The position numbers and the translations under genes were made by a program. Under the pieces are notes generated by a model. It was not told the DNA's origin. It saw nothing but the letters and a program-made list of their open reading frames with translations, and did no database searches. DNA of 63,485 bases, the filler included, from Phoronis australis (Eukaryota > Animalia > Phoronida): assembly GCA_002633005.1 (NCBI GenBank). It is 8 parts of 8 records of this genome, joined end to end, with 100 filler letters (N's around TTAATTAATTAA, not from the genome) between each part and the next. Parts side by side here need not be neighbours in the genome. Positions count along the whole stretch, not along the records: positions 37,297 to 43,497 come from NMRA01002203.1; positions 43,598 to 51,302 come from NMRA01001181.1; 6 more parts are not named here. One strand, given 5' to 3'. Position 1 is the stretch's first letter, and each line of letters begins with the position of its first letter. Shown here piece after piece: positions 38,101-51,302 of the stretch.

Positions 38101-38355
38101 CTGAGCGCTGTTTCTCTGAAAATTGACAATTAAATTGGAACATTTCATTTTCAAGAATGGGGAGTGTGAGATGATTCAATGTACTAATTTTGTGACATCT
38201 TACAAAAAGTCAAGTTCTGAAATAAGGCAAATTATCACTTCCCATTTTTATAGTCACTGTCATACTATGATGCGAATGGAGATCACCTAGGTTATAGTCA
38301 CTGTCATACTATAATGAGAATGGAGCTCACAGGAAATATGCTGCGATTAACTTAC

Positions 38356-38494
38356 AGCTGATTGTGCGAGAAAGGCCTGGCAACAGCTTGCTCAGTTTAC
38401 GCCCCCTTCGAGGGGGGTCATGGACCAATAACCTCTTCATGTCCTCGTCAATGGTGTCTGGTGTTTCCACTTCAGAGGCTAACCGGATACATGT
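38356..38494 (-). CDS. SPG11: Spatacsin exon (7 of 8)
   Basis: TCIRLASEVETPDTIDEDMKRLL...; ends in phase 1 at GTAAGT. Confidence 0.85.
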
Positions 38495-39231
38495 CTGTAC
38501 GAAACAACATACAATCGTTAGTATACCAAACAAAATTCATTCTTGACACATTGGCAGAAGACTGGCTGAGTGATGTGAAAACTGACAATTTTAATAACAC
38601 AGAAATAGCCATTAAGAAAAAGTGGAATCACAACAGCATGGTAATCAAGGTGTTGGTATTTTGTACTTAGGACTACTCCAGATTGAGCCAGGAACCAACG
38701 AAACAAACGATTAAATATTCAAAATGCACGATGTGGCTCTAGCTTCAATTATCTTCATTCAGTTCTTCGTGGGTTTACTTTGTAGTAACAACAAGAATAT
38801 CTTTATGGGGTAATGGCCGGATATAACATGCCTGAATTTCGAGAACCAGTTTTCTCCACTGAATAACGGCCAACAAACTGGTTCTCAAAATACAGGCACA
38901 TTACATCCAACTATTGCCTCTTCATGGTTAACTTCTCTGAGAAAGAAATATTAAAAATAATGCAGTGGGGCTCACATTCTTTTACACGTTTAACAGCCAT
39001 CAAACGTGTTCGGAAAAATTGCAAGCAATGTTTCTGTTACCAGGGTTTTCTTGCAACAGATCCAAATCGCTGAGCAAAGCAAGTTTACTTAATATAAGAC
39101 AGCAAATTGTCGTGAACATCTGATGCTATCAAAAAGATGGCTGCTTTCTTGTGAGTAAGCTTGCTATGCTCATCAAAATCAGAAAATCATGAAACACATT
39201 TTTTCACAGCATAATGATCAAGCAGACTGAC

Positions 39232-39348
39232 CAGTATGATAGCCAAGTCCTGACTGTAATGGTCGAACTGGACAGCCAGTTTACATGCCTCACATATATG
39301 ACCTTGATCAAGTAGTTGATCCAGGAGGGAATCTAGGCCACGCAGCTC
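39232..39348 (-). CDS. SPG11: Spatacsin exon (6 of 8)
   Basis: ELRGLDSLLDQLLDQGHICEACKLAVQFDHYSQDLAIIL (LLD.G...EA motif); 117 bp. Confidence 0.88.
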
Positions 39349-40204
39349 CTGCAGGGCAAAAGAGCAGCGAGTGAATTACCACAAATCATGAAAGGAATTT
39401 TAATCAAGTTATGCTTCGGTCTGAGACTCGTGGACATCATGTGATATGTTCAAATCCTCTGATGTCATGACCCTTAAACCACTGAGTGATCCAAAGAAGC
39501 GAACCCCCAAAAATTGTATGAAATTCATTTTTTTTTTCTTTTGGAAAGAACACAGACAGTCAATGCAAACTGCATCCTTTCATTTGATTCAGTTCTCGAT
39601 CGTGAAAAGATTATCTTATGCATTAACTTATTTTAAGTCTACAAATTTCAAAACAAAAGCAATTCCATCACATGAACATACACCCATGGTGTACCACAAA
39701 AAGATGCTTCTAGAGGCCACTATGAGGTGCTGCAGCAGTCAAATCCGCCAGGAGGCGCTGCAGATTGAGTGCCAACGTTTGAAAGGAAAAAATAGAGGAA
39801 TAAATGCAGAATTACTTTTATCTTTTTCTTGGGTCACCCTGGGTGTGTGTGTCAGGCAAACCAGTAAAGTTTCAAGTGCTAAGAATGTTGGTTTTAACTC
39901 CAAAAGCTATGAAGACAGTTAAGTGACAAGTCAAGGCTATCCATCCACAGAGTATAACAGAGAGCAGAATGAAACTCATAATGATTTGGACCAGATAATA
40001 TGACATCAACAAGGAACAGTTACATCCACAGAACACAACGGCATCTCACAGACCACTTGATTTCAATGAAGAACACAGGAAGTCAACCAGGCGAGTGGTA
40101 AAACATGTGTAAAGAATGACATGATATGACGGAGTATTGCTTCATACACATAGAGCCCAAACTGTGAAACATAAATGCCTGCACAAACCCAACACATTAA
40201 CTAC

Positions 40205-40324
40205 CTTTTCAGTCAGCGTGGTGGTATGGACATATTTTTTCCTGGGCATTTTGCCACAGTGTGTCAGCTCTGTAGCGTTAATCACTGCCTCGTTCACAGC
40301 AGGACGGTGGGGCTTACTGCCCGA
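40205..40324 (-). CDS. SPG11: Spatacsin exon (5 of 8)
   Basis: SGSKPHRPAVNEAVINATELTHCGKMPRKKYVHTTTLTEK; 120 bp, phase 0-0, TTTCAG/GTAG boundaries. Confidence 0.75.
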
Positions 40325-41092
40325 CTGAAATAAATGGTACAATGATTAGGATTCGTAGATCTGCAAATTTACGCCAATGCACCAATACGCAACGCTATGC
40401 CTGCGCTGAGAATTAAACGCATGCAACTATGTTGTGAACCATTTGGATGGAACAAAAGAGCAAATGTTTGGAACATCATGTGAGTTAAAATTATCTGCTA
40501 CAAAACGGTTGGTGTGGTATAGGTTGGCATGTATTGAAAATTAGTTCTAACTAATAAGAAATAATGAACATGTTTAAATTTGTATCGCTTAATAAACATC
40601 ACAGGAAAAATGGACAGTAAATAAACAAAAAATGCACAGCTGAAGAAATGTCAACACCAGGGAGAGCCACCTTCTGTAAGAGAGTCTTGTGTGTGAAACA
40701 CTTGGCAACGAAAAATTATGCTGGTGAAAACATTTTGTTTCGGATATAAGCCCATGGACTGACATACGCTCATACGGCAACGCTATGAGGGATAAGACCA
40801 AAGGAGAAATAACAAGTCTCTAGTAAATCCAATCAGACTGTTTTATATGATCAAACATTAATTAAACAGTTGAGACAATGTACCAATTAGTCAACACCAC
40901 ATTAACACAATTCTCACAAAGGTGTGTTGCATGCAGGGAGTCAAATGTAGGTTAACAAATACAGCTGAAGTAAATTTAAGAATTAATCGAGAACTGAGAC
41001 ATAGCATATCAAATTGTGTGCTTTTCATTTTCATAGGAATAAACTCAAGACAATAAAATCCACTGACCTCTGACACCTGACCTCTAACCTAC

Positions 41093-41260
41093 CTCCATCC
41101 TATCCAACTGAATCTGCAGCTGACACTGCCAGATCAGCAACTGAAGCTCATTCAGCCAATCATCTGAATCACCGATGTCAGGTGTCTTGCTAAGCCAATC
41201 AAACGCCAGCTGACAAATGAGCAGCTTCTCTTCATTACTCTGGGCTACTTGACTCATAGA
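41093..41260 (-). CDS. SPG11: Spatacsin exon (4 of 8)
   Basis: SMSQVAQSNEEKLLICQLAFDWL...LNELQLLIWQCQL; 168 bp, phase 0-0; not in the ORF track. Confidence 0.85.
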
Positions 41261-41704
41261 CTAAAATGGATATGACAGTGAGATTACACTGATTGTGAAT
41301 AATATATTAAATGTATTTAAAAAACTTCATCCAAGACAAATGTTTTTTTGTAAATGATTGGACAAACTTTGGCTTCTAAGCTGATACTGTATCTGGTGGT
41401 CCTCACAAATACCTGCAAATTAAGATGGTTAAGATACACATTCTAGTTGGGCTATGAAGTCCCCAGGGCAGGTCAGGCTACTGTGTAAAGAGTGGAGCGT
41501 GCAGTAGTGTTAACAGTCTTCTCTGTTCCCAAGTCAGCAAACAAAAAAAAACTTGCCAATAAGTAAAAAAGCGTGATTGGGGCTGCTCAAATCCAACACA
41601 TCAGCTGGGAAATGGGATAATACCAATTAATTTGAGAAAATTACATGATATAATTATTATTTTTTTAATTACAAACACAGCACCACAGACAGTGGTTTAC
41701 TCAC

Positions 41705-41842
41705 TTGGAAAAACTTAGCAGCCATGTCAGGTCTGATCTGGTGCCTTATGTACACTTCAGAGCAGGATTTCCAGAATTCTGTCCGAACCTCTGGTTCCTT
41801 CCACGAACCCGACTTCATAGCAGTATCGAATTCCCACCTCAT
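41705..41842 (-). CDS. SPG11: Spatacsin exon (3 of 8)
   Basis: MRWEFDTAMKSGSWKEPEVRTEFWKSCSEVYIRHQIRPDMAAKFFQ carries the R..FWK.C...A..FF pattern; 138 bp, phase 0-0. Confidence 0.88.
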
Positions 41843-42120
41843 CTGAACACACATGAATAGGATAAGACAGGTGCTTCCCAAAATCAACAAACAGTGAAAT
41901 TATGAGAATTTAACACAGACTGTAATGAAATTACCCAGTTTATTACGATTTCTCTCAATGTAACTCCTTAACTTAGGAACAACGTCTTTCTCTTAAATTT
42001 TTTTTAGTTCTTTATTAATCCAACTAACGCAATCTTGTGATAGTAACATACAAATGTAATCTAATCACATTTATTTCCCAATGTATTTCAGATTTTTATA
42101 ACAAGCAGTCAATCACAGAC

Positions 42121-42335
42121 CTCATTGATGGTGATGTCATCCCTGGGCAGGCCACAGATGGCAGCACAAGTCCTCGCCTCACTGTACATGTGTTTCTCTT
42201 GCAGAAGAGTCAACACATTGGAACATTCCTTGACGCGGGCTTCCTCAGCGCCATCTAGTAGTGAAGCGAAGTGAACACTCACTGTGCACGTGTGAGCTAT
42301 CTGTTGTAATTGGCATAACTTGTTGAAGTCCAGAA
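42121..42335 (-). CDS. SPG11: Spatacsin exon (2 of 8)
   Basis: LDFNKLCQLQQI...ECSNVLTLLQEKHMYSEARTCAAICGLPRDDITINE; canonical splice sites. Confidence 0.85.
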
Positions 42336-43032
42336 CTGAAACAGTTACACATGTTGGGAAACAGTGAAACAATGGCAACTTATACACCAGAGACACTGAT
42401 TGGTCAATTGCGAACAAAAGGTAACTGACAGCCTTTGATATGCTTCTTCAAAATATTTTCTAAAATGCAAAGTTTTAACCCATTGAACAACATATTTTTA
42501 GAATTCAAGGTGATTGGACATTTGTAGTCATGTGATCACACTTTTTTTCTGTGAGACTATTTTATGAAGATATTCATAACTCTCAGAAACTTGAAAATTT
42601 TTATTTGAAACTTACTAATTAAGCTAATTATTGAATTGTTTTTAGTTTAATACTGAAAAGTATCTAAAATTCACTTCCGAGGCTTAGTAGCTTTAGCAAT
42701 TTCAAAAATGAACACTTCAACATCTAGCAACAATTCATGGAATGAGAAATGTTTTTTGAGCCTAATGTAACAATGAATTAATAAACAGAACTCCAAAGTT
42801 TAAGGCAAAAATTTGCAGTGTCTTGTGAAAGTTACGACGAACCAACCATTGTAAAAAATCAGTTTCATGCATTAGAACAAGGCATTTAGAAAACATTTGA
42901 AGAAATGTGGCCCTTGTTACTGAAGGAAGACAATCATTTACTCTAAAATCTCAATAAAAGCTGCATAATTTAGCCACTAGTCATTAACAATTAATATTTT
43001 TGCTCAAACAGGAAACGATAAAAGCTACAAAC

Positions 43033-43204
43033 TATCTTGACATGCGAGAACTCGTGCTATGTTACTGTGATCCAGCGCTCGTAACATATCAAGGCGCCAA
43101 TAGGACGACTCTTCACTTAACAACATGTGACTAATCATCATCGTAGCCATCTTCTGAGTCCATGAAACTTGATTGACAGTCTCCGAGTTCTTAGACAGCT
43201 GACA
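43033..43204 (-). CDS. SPG11: Spatacsin exon (1 of 8 visible)
   Basis: CQLSKNSETVNQVSWTQKMATMMISHMLLSEESSYWRLDMLRAL...; TTTACAG acceptor; ends in phase 1, compatible with the next exon; donor GTTTGT less certain. Confidence 0.7.
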
Positions 43205-43759
43205 CTGTAAAACAGTTCAGGAATCAACTACACTCTGACACGGCAATTACACTAGATTTACTATGGGAAATGCCCTAAATAAAAAAACATAAATGAAATT
43301 AAGCTGGAGCATTCTCGCAATGGCCAATTCCATTAGCAAGATTCCAGATAAAAATATTTCACTGACAACATAGGCGGATACAGTGGGGTCAAAGGCGTTC
43401 AGACCCCTTTTTCCCTTGATTTTAGAGCTATGAAGTCCTAGAATTTTCAAATTCTTGGATGGACTCCCCGTTCTAAAAAAACTCTTGATCCNCCCCCNNN
43501 NNNNNNNNNNNNNNNNNNNNNNNNNNNNNNNNNNNNNNNNNTTAATTAATTAANNNNNNNNNNNNNNNNNNNNNNNNNNNNNNNNNNNNNNNNNNNNAAA
43601 ACTTATTTTCCCAAGTTGCAAAAGAGAAAGTCCTTATTAATTATCAGTACAGGTAAATTCAAGCCAGGACAGACTTGCCTTTCATTTAACCCTAATGGTG
43701 TATACAGTCACCTTACACCAAATTACCTCATTACTAAATTCAAAGCAGTCAGAGATTCT

Positions 43760-43930
43760 CACAATTACAGTTATTAGAGCGAGTGTTTCTGGCTGCCTGG
43801 TGCCACATAAAACTAAAAACTGCGGCAAAAGAGCTTTTGCCTACATAACTACCATCGCTTATCACAGGCTGGGGACTACCATCACGGATGCGGCCACTAT
43901 CTATGTCTTCAAACAGAACTATTGGGACTG
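43760..43930 (+). mobile_element. LINE 3'-end remnant (CR1/L2 group)
   Basis: VPHKTKNCGKRAFAY...FKQ resembles the ORF2 C-terminus. Confidence 0.5.
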
Positions 43931-44139
43931 ATGGGCTCAGATCACTACTTTATCTTGCTTATTCATCCAATTGAACATAATACCTACTTTATTGCTAATT
44001 TATTTATTTCATTAATCTTTTCAATCTAATTCATTACATGCATATCTATCTGTAGTTTATTTTATGTAATTAGTTCTGACTGGGACCCTCGAAAATTGGT
44101 GTATTCACTGAATTGGTCAATCATGTTCCAGTTAGAAGA

Positions 44140-44396
44140 GTTAAACTGGTTAAAAATAATCCCTAAGAAACCAAAACTGTGCTTACACAGATCTATTAAG
44201 AATGACTATTGTGCAGAAGAATATTTACGTCTACCGGTGTCTTAGGGATCCGTCTCCGATTGAGAGCAGGTATTCCACCATTAGAGATTGAGGTGGGGGC
44301 GGTACTTCAGAATTCCTGTGAATGAACGGATTAGCCGTGTTTGTAAAAACAGAATTGAAGATAAAGTTCATTTCATCTTTGATTGCAAAAACCAGA
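44140..44396 (+). mobile_element. LINE ORF2 C-terminal zinc-finger remnant
   Basis: GRYFRIPVNERISRVCKNRIEDKVHFIFDC; cut by the Kolobok insertion at TTAA 44397-44400. Confidence 0.7.
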
Positions 44397-44400
44397 TTAA

Positions 44401-46249
44401 AGGAGAATGCCACCCAAAAAACAACCTATTTTGCACCAATTTAGATCGAGTAGTTCTACTTGATAACAGCAGGTTCGGTTGCGTTACCTGACACCTGACG
44501 GCAGACAGAGGTATTGAAATTATTCAATGGCGTAATTGGTTTCACACGCAGTCTGTTCAGCAGTTCGCACCACGGGTTAGTGGTGTCAGCTTATCGCTTG
44601 ATATCATTGTTTAACACCGCTAAATCATCAAACTTTTATGTAAAACCCTTAAAAAACACAGTTCTCATCAAATCGTGTTGTTTTATTTTGCTAAACATTA
44701 CGAATTTACCAGCATTTGGACAAACCGTAGCCTACAAAGTTCGGCAGGCCAATTTACCGAGGTCCGTAGCAGGAGTTTGGGGTTTGTTCGGAGATAAACT
44801 CAAAGTATTCTTCCGTGAAATACAGACAGGAGAACCTAGATCTGTGTTGTTCATACTTGTGTTTTTTTGAGTTCTAAACACCCAAAACGCTTGTTATCCC
44901 GGCCAGTGGCGCGGAACCTGATCAGGCCCGTCGTGGTCGCCGGGACAGGCATGAACCTAAACCAGCTTGAGTTAGAAACTAAACCTCCAGTCACGAAAAG
45001 ACTATATTAGTTCATGCGCGCACCCAGCCTTTAGTTGGGGGGGGGGGCTCGAATTTCTGACCAAGTGGACCTTTTCTGCTAACAAAAAAGCTGGAGGACT
45101 ACTAAATAAAAAAGAAAAAAAACAGGGTACCACCTTCAGTTCTGTGAACTGTACGTCTGTGCCTTTTTAGTGGACTTTTGTCCCATTTCCTCGGACTTTT
45201 TGTTTCTCTGGGGCGGACGTTTTTGCCCACTTCACCACCCTGGGTGCGTGCATGTAGTGAGCCAAAGAAATAATGCGCACGTAATTATTTATGTGAATCA
45301 GCCACGAAACTGAAAATCTACTTGTCGGGGCCACGAAGTTGGGTTCCACTTCGTCCGCAGACCGTCAGGGCAAAGGTTGTAACAAGGATTTGAATAATGT
45401 ATTTGTATTTCTAAATATAGATTCCCCTAACATTTGACCATAGCATATAAAATCGACAACAGCTTTCTGCCAACAAACACTGAATTAGCATGGGCTCACA
45501 CAGCCTCGGTGCCCGGTCAATTACTTTAGTTGCTGGCATCAAAAGCCGGTAACGCTGTGGTTTATTCATTGCGGGCTTCTCAAAACATTTGCACTCACGA
45601 GCACTCCAAGGCATTACAAATTGTATCTAATGAGACAGATTTTGGTTTAGTTTCATATAAGCATTGGTTAGGATCACTCTAGGATGAGAATAATTCCGTT
45701 TTGAAACAGAACGCAGAATAATAAACGTATACGCGGCTATTCGCCCAGCGCCAATCCCAACTTAGTCAAGAGCTCATCCAACGAAGATTTCATGCGTCGG
45801 ACCATTAGGTTTCACAGGCTATCAGTTCGAACCGGAAGACACTGATCAAGAAATACTAGAGAGGTGACGTGAACATGCATAGGCAATGGAACGTATGGAT
45901 AGTTCTTTGGTAAGCCGGAATTCGCCAGAGAAATCACTGTCGATGACATGCCGGCCACAGACACGGAGGTGTTTCACGGCCTCATACTTGCTTTAAGAGC
46001 ACACCTTTCACAACCGTGAGCCACTTCCTAAGCATTTCGGGATCTCGAGGAAGTCGAAAAAACGATCCGCTTTCTTCGCAGCTTCATAGTTTGGACAAGC
46101 GGGAACGATGCACCACAATATAGCGGCATTCACTCTGCAGACTACCCACTGACGTCGCTGTGTCCTTTCTCACTTTCCTCACAGGTTATCGCGACACCTC
46201 TCGGCAAGGTGAGGTCCACCTTATAAGAGGTGATGTGGATACAGACCGA
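44401..46249. mobile_element. Kolobok-type family A, second copy (THAP remnant on -, KolX remnant on +)
   Basis: TTAA-AGGAGAATGCCACCC start; colinear with 5692-7095 and 9560-9725; minus-strand WCIVPACPNY...FFRLPRDPEMLRKWL at ~46005-46115; plus-strand GYQFEPED at ~45817. Confidence 0.85.
45013..45254. mobile_element. MITE with CATGCGCGCACCCAG TIRs nested in Kolobok A; related copy at ~52380-52569
   Basis: TIR pair visible; absent from copy 1 (~6330). Confidence 0.8.
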
Positions 46250-46253
46250 TTAA

Positions 46254-47220
46254 GGTTATGTCCAACCTTATTTAGTGGCCTCCATTCTAACACTTATATC
46301 AAAAAAACTAAGCTTTGTCAACTAGTAAAAGTAAATATTTTCTGAAAGAACAAAGACCAGGAACTATAAATATACTTTTTGTATTTATTTGTCATTATTA
46401 TTTTTACGTAAAAAGCTTTTTTAAGTAAAAATTTCATTTTTAAGAAAGGTACATTCATAGCAAAATAACCCCTCGGTCGATTTTAACGAAACCTTTTTTA
46501 AATGAAAACTCCATCAATTACCTCATAAACGCTGTTAGGAATTTTCGATTAGTTTGTTCGTTTGGTTTCCATGACAAATCAACTCGCAAAACGCAAGGTA
46601 TTTTTGTAAAAAATTGAAATCGCATTCGTCTTTGTCACATTACACAAAAACTAAGCTTTTATATCAAAAATCCTAACAGCGTTTTCAGCGAAATCCATCG
46701 AGCCATTTTCGAGAACTCGTGTTCCTAAGTTCAAATAAAGTCGATTTGCCGAAGCCGAGAAAAAGCCGATTAAACTTGGACACGTGAAAATCTGTAAGTC
46801 ATTGGTTAATTATTCTGTGAAAACTTGTTTTCGGTATACATAACCTATAGAATCCTTAACTATGTCACCTATTTCAATGTTTTCTTGCAATGTCAACTAA
46901 TTTTGCAGTGCGTAACTAACTTAAATATCATTAAAACGTCAAATAGACCTATCTTCCGCAGCCAACTTTTGCCGTTTTGTACGACCTACTTAGAAAAGTA
47001 GGTCACAGTTCATAGCCTGTACACGTCACGTGCTGGGAGACTGATACCAAACCAAGTAAGAAATAGATAACAAAAATTGAATTGGTGGTTAAAGTAAGTC
47101 GTTAACATGAAATCGAAACATCGAAATGTTAACTTAATAATTGAATTAAGGAATAAGGGGGAGGATTTATCTCTTTTCACAACTTTCTGTGTTCATGACC
47201 AGACTGAGGCCTGAGGCAAC
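46254..47220. mobile_element. Kolobok-type family B, second copy, inserted at an internal TTAA of family A
   Basis: TTAA-GGTTATGTCCAAC; colinear with 17575-18150; truncated at the N at 47221. Confidence 0.8.
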
Positions 47221-47221
47221 N

Positions 47222-47340
47222 GACCAAGAGGTCGGTGTAAATAGACCAAGAGGTCGGTGTAAATAGACCAAGAGGTCGGTGTAAATAGACCAAGAGGTCG
47301 GTGTAAATAGACCAAGAGGTCGGTGTAAATAGACCAAGAG
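47222..47340. repeat. 22-bp minisatellite
   Basis: GACCAAGAGGTCGGTGTAAATA, about 5 copies. Confidence 0.92.
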
Positions 47341-48583
47341 ATTTTAATAGTTGTAACACACCACCACATCAGAACAGTTTTAAAGTCATACATGTTTCCA
47401 CACCAACTTTTGTTTATTCATCACATGGCAATAATAATAGCTCAGTCTAACGATACATAGTCAAACTACTTTCCCTGTCCACCCTGAATGAATCAAAAAG
47501 TAATTACTTACTCACATTATTGTGACTGCGGTATCAAGTTATGCCCATTACCTAGATGTCTCTAAAAAGAAGGTTATCCACTGAAAAAAGTATGATACTG
47601 TGACTTTTTTGTTACAAAAGGCGGAAGATTATGCAGGAAAATGGCATTTACTAGATTGTTTTTTCATTTAAACGGCTGTAACGTGCAAGGTGAGTGCTGG
47701 TTAACTCACAGATTTTGTGTGCACAGGCCAACGGTCGTTAGCTCTACTGTGGAGTATTAATAGTCCAAGGCTCGATCTACATGTTGGGGACGAAGTGAAC
47801 TACCCGGGCTGTGTGAAATTTCTGGGTCTAACGGAGACACTGACGCAGTGGTCAGCCAGCTCGCTGTATCAAGACTATAGTCAAAATCAAAATTTGTTTT
47901 ATCGTGTCCCTGTCAATAATAATGGCATGCTAATGTTTCTTAATTTTCGTACTTCAGGAACATAACAATCACGTGTTTTGTACACATACGCGCACGCTGC
48001 AGATCACATCTCGGAAATTGACGATTTGACAGATGAGAATGAATGAGCACAATGAAATTAAACAATGTCGTTTTACAGCTTGTAAGATCCATAATAAACG
48101 TATTTTGAATATTGCAATGCATGTGTTTCAAAATCTAAATAACTTGGGTCCTATATTTTTGTATTCGTGCGCGCTGATTGAAAGTAATCGTGAGTGTTGC
48201 TGAGTTGCAAAATCTCTTATCCTGGGCCGATTTGAAAAATTCAAAGTTGTACTCATATTTGTTTTCGCTCCTCTTTTCAAATATTACAGTAAAAACTACT
48301 TGTAACTCTCTACATAAAAAGTACAGTCTGCTAGGTAGATTGTAATCAGAAGCCAATTATCCTCGCTCGTGACTCGATGAATAGAGCAGCTTGGCGGCAT
48401 CCCTTTGATCGTGAGCCGAGCGCGACTCAGCCAAGGTGGATAAATACGGTCTAGTTCAATTTTCCATACCCCACCATTTACCTTGATGACCGGGGTTAGG
48501 ACCAATCTTATTTAGTGGGACTGTTCATAGCATGAAAGCATATCAGCTCATGCCAGCATTACCAAAGACCCTAACAAGCATAC

Positions 48584-48722
48584 CATTATTGCGCACCCAT
48601 ATCCTACACAGCTGCAGAGCTAGGCTGGCATTCAGATGTTGAAATGCTCCAGCAATACCCAGATGTAGGTCATGACCTCTCCAGTCATAGCTTGCCAGGT
48701 CAGGGGTCATGTAAAGGTTACA
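48584..48722 (-). CDS. FPGS: Folylpolyglutamate synthase exon
   Basis: CNLYMTPDLASYDWRGHDLHLGIAGAFQHLNASLALQLCRIW matches the FPGS LG..G..Q..NA.LALQL...W motif; AG/GT boundaries. Confidence 0.9.
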
Positions 48723-49609
48723 CTGCAACAATAATGGGTCAGTTGAGAAAATTCAAGCGGAAAGAAAATAATTATGACAAATACGAAAAACTACACCATT
48801 TACATGTAAGTGCAAGATTCTCACATGCATGCGAAGCAAATGTGGTCTTTAAAGTCATGTGATCTTTAGTCATGTGATCTTTAAAGTAATATGACCTTTA
48901 AAGCCCATTTCAAATGTACGAGACACACAAAAAAGTTTCGCAATACATCAAATAGTTTTGCTACTTTTCACCGCTGCATTCACATAAGTGTCAGATTGGC
49001 CAACATTAAACAACGATGGCAATACATGGAATGACTGAATTCGCACACAAACCATCCAGGTCTAGCCAATCTGTATATTAGACAACACCTTGAATCTTGT
49101 TGACACAAGTCAGTGGTACTGGACAAATCTGACTACTCGATATTGGTTAATTGACTTGTAGGTGTGGAGGTCTCATGGTAACATTGTGAATAAGAAATAG
49201 TAATAACACTAAATAAGTAATAAATTATTATCCCAGGCACAGGCACTTGAATTTATCTGTACCTCGATTGCCACTGACGTCACTCACTACTAAAAAAACA
49301 TGTTTTTTATTTTATTATATGGTTAGAAGTCATCGGGAAATTCGATGTGATCCGTATTATCACAATTTTTGTTCCTCCGAAACATAAAGAGCAGTTTGCG
49401 GTTTTCAATTCGTCGGCAGTGCCGCTGTTAGAAACCAATTTGCCGCGATAATTTTATGGCAAATACGACTTTTAACGCGGAAATATAATGAAAATACGCG
49501 GAGAAAATAAAAGAAAAAAGTGGAAATCCGCGTTTCCGCAGAAAATTCCAAGCCTTGAATAATAATAACATTGTGAATATAAGCCCTTAATACTTTTTTC
49601 TTTTTTAAC

Positions 49610-50180
49610 ATTTATTGCAATAATAACAACACAGTACAAAGACACAAATCCCTAATGACAAATCACCGAAAACTCAACTTCACAAACCAAAAACACCTAT
49701 CATCTGTAGTTCCTTTTTAAAGAGGAAAAAACCAGAACATCTTTGGAACATGTATCCTAACCCATTTTCACAATAACTTTATATTTCGAATGTAAAATAA
49801 ATTTCTAATTCTTTTTTGAAAAGTGTTAGAGATGGAGACTCTACTCTCAGCTTTCTACAGTACGTATGCTTTTTGGCCAAAAGAATGTCAGATTCAACAA
49901 TTCATGCGCTTTTCCAATTTTACTACATATAACAGTCTGAAAATCTTTCGATACATCAACATTTTTTGCGTGAATATAATATCCATCTATTCTTTTTCAA
50001 AAAGGCTTAACAAAAGTACAACCTCAAAATAAATGTAATAAACTTTCAAGTTCATCACCACAAAAGGTAGACCTTAGTTGATAAGCTGATAATATTTGGT
50101 AATTTGTTCATTATCAGGGCACACGTGTAAGGGTGAGATGATTCTCACGCAACATTAAAAATAAAATTGATTTGAGATTG
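49610..50180 (-). mobile_element. L1/Tx1-like LINE 3' remnant in the FPGS intron
   Basis: Decayed zf-RVT-like STFCGDELESLLHLF*GCTFVKPF*; A-rich tail near 49590-49615; boundaries approximate. Confidence 0.6.
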
Positions 50181-51077
50181 CAATTGTCTTTCAACCTTGC
50201 ATTCCATATGCAAGAATATAACTAGGCCTACACACTTCACCAAATTTGCACTGGTCATATGACATAGGTCAAGGCTGAATGAAACTCAGACTGACAAAAC
50301 CTTGGTAACACAAGTGATTTTTGATTGGCTGTAAATGAACTCACTGTTCCACTGCAGGGTGGACCAAAAAGTGACATAACATTGGAACATCATCAACTTG
50401 CTTACAACCAGACACACACAGCACATTACATGGCATGTTGTAGAATAATTCACAAGACAGTGCAATTTAGATACCACTAAGGTGCCATGCAACTTTTCAT
50501 ACGGCAATGTCACTTATTTGAATTGGAAGCTAGCCACTCATAAATTTAAATGATTAAGTGCTAAGTCAGGAAAGTGATTGTCATAAAAAGAAGCAGCACT
50601 TGCCTTCAGTTAAACCCAGCATTAAAACCATGAATGTCAAATTTAAGCAGTAATACCCAGCCGTTTGGGACAATGAAATTCAATGCAGAATTCAGTCTGT
50701 CTTCATTCAGAAAATGGGTGGTTTTGGCATTCACAATATTACTGAATTATTGGAGGCTGTATTTTGTGTCAACAACATCTGAAAATAGTCTTGGCAGTTG
50801 ATACTGTGGACAGTGCCCACTGCCTCGTTACTTCCTGAGTGCCCACAGAGTGAATGGTGACGGTCATTTGTCATTGATTGAAAGACTTGAAATTGACATG
50901 GCCAGTACAGTTTATTTCTAAGTTATGTACAAGCTCTGGCCATGAACAAAATAGTTAATTTCCACAGTCCCAAACTGGAAATTGCGTGCCATAACCCCAA
51001 AGGCCACACTCAACTGAGGTCTATGTTATACCATGACTCCAATGGCCACACTCAACACAGCTCTATGTTGCACCAAC

Positions 51078-51155
51078 CTGTCTTTCCTTGGCTCGCTCCT
51101 TCAGAACATTTAGTCCACTTGTGGGTTGTGGAACAGTCACAGCTGGTGTACCAAC
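51078..51155 (-). CDS. FPGS: Folylpolyglutamate synthase exon (upstream of 48584-48722)
   Basis: VGTPAVTVPQPTSGLNVLKERAKERQ; 78 bp, phase 0-0; joins in frame to the next exon. Confidence 0.88.
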
Positions 51156-51302
51156 CTGTAGCAACATATGACAGTTAATGGCCAACAGTCACAGCTGGTG
51201 TACCAACCTGTAGCAACATAGGACAGTTAATGGCCAACAGTCACAGCTGGTGTACCAACCTGTAGCAACATAGGACAGTTAATGGCCAACAGTCACAGCT
51301 GG
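51133..51302 (-). repeat. 52-bp VNTR spanning the FPGS splice acceptor
   Basis: ACAGTCACAGCTGGTGTACCAACCTGTAGCAACATAGGACAGTTAATGGCCA, more than 3 copies, running into the gap. Confidence 0.92.

Noticed and set aside
37805-38154. Repetitive ORFs (LRCCTV)n and (HLNTVQ)n; likewise 29180-29470 and 47177-47393
   Set aside because: By-products of minisatellite periodicity; the first lies inside an SPG11 intron.
51133-51302. Shared 52-bp period with the 26.5-kb array
   Set aside because: Unit sequences are unrelated; treated as coincidence.
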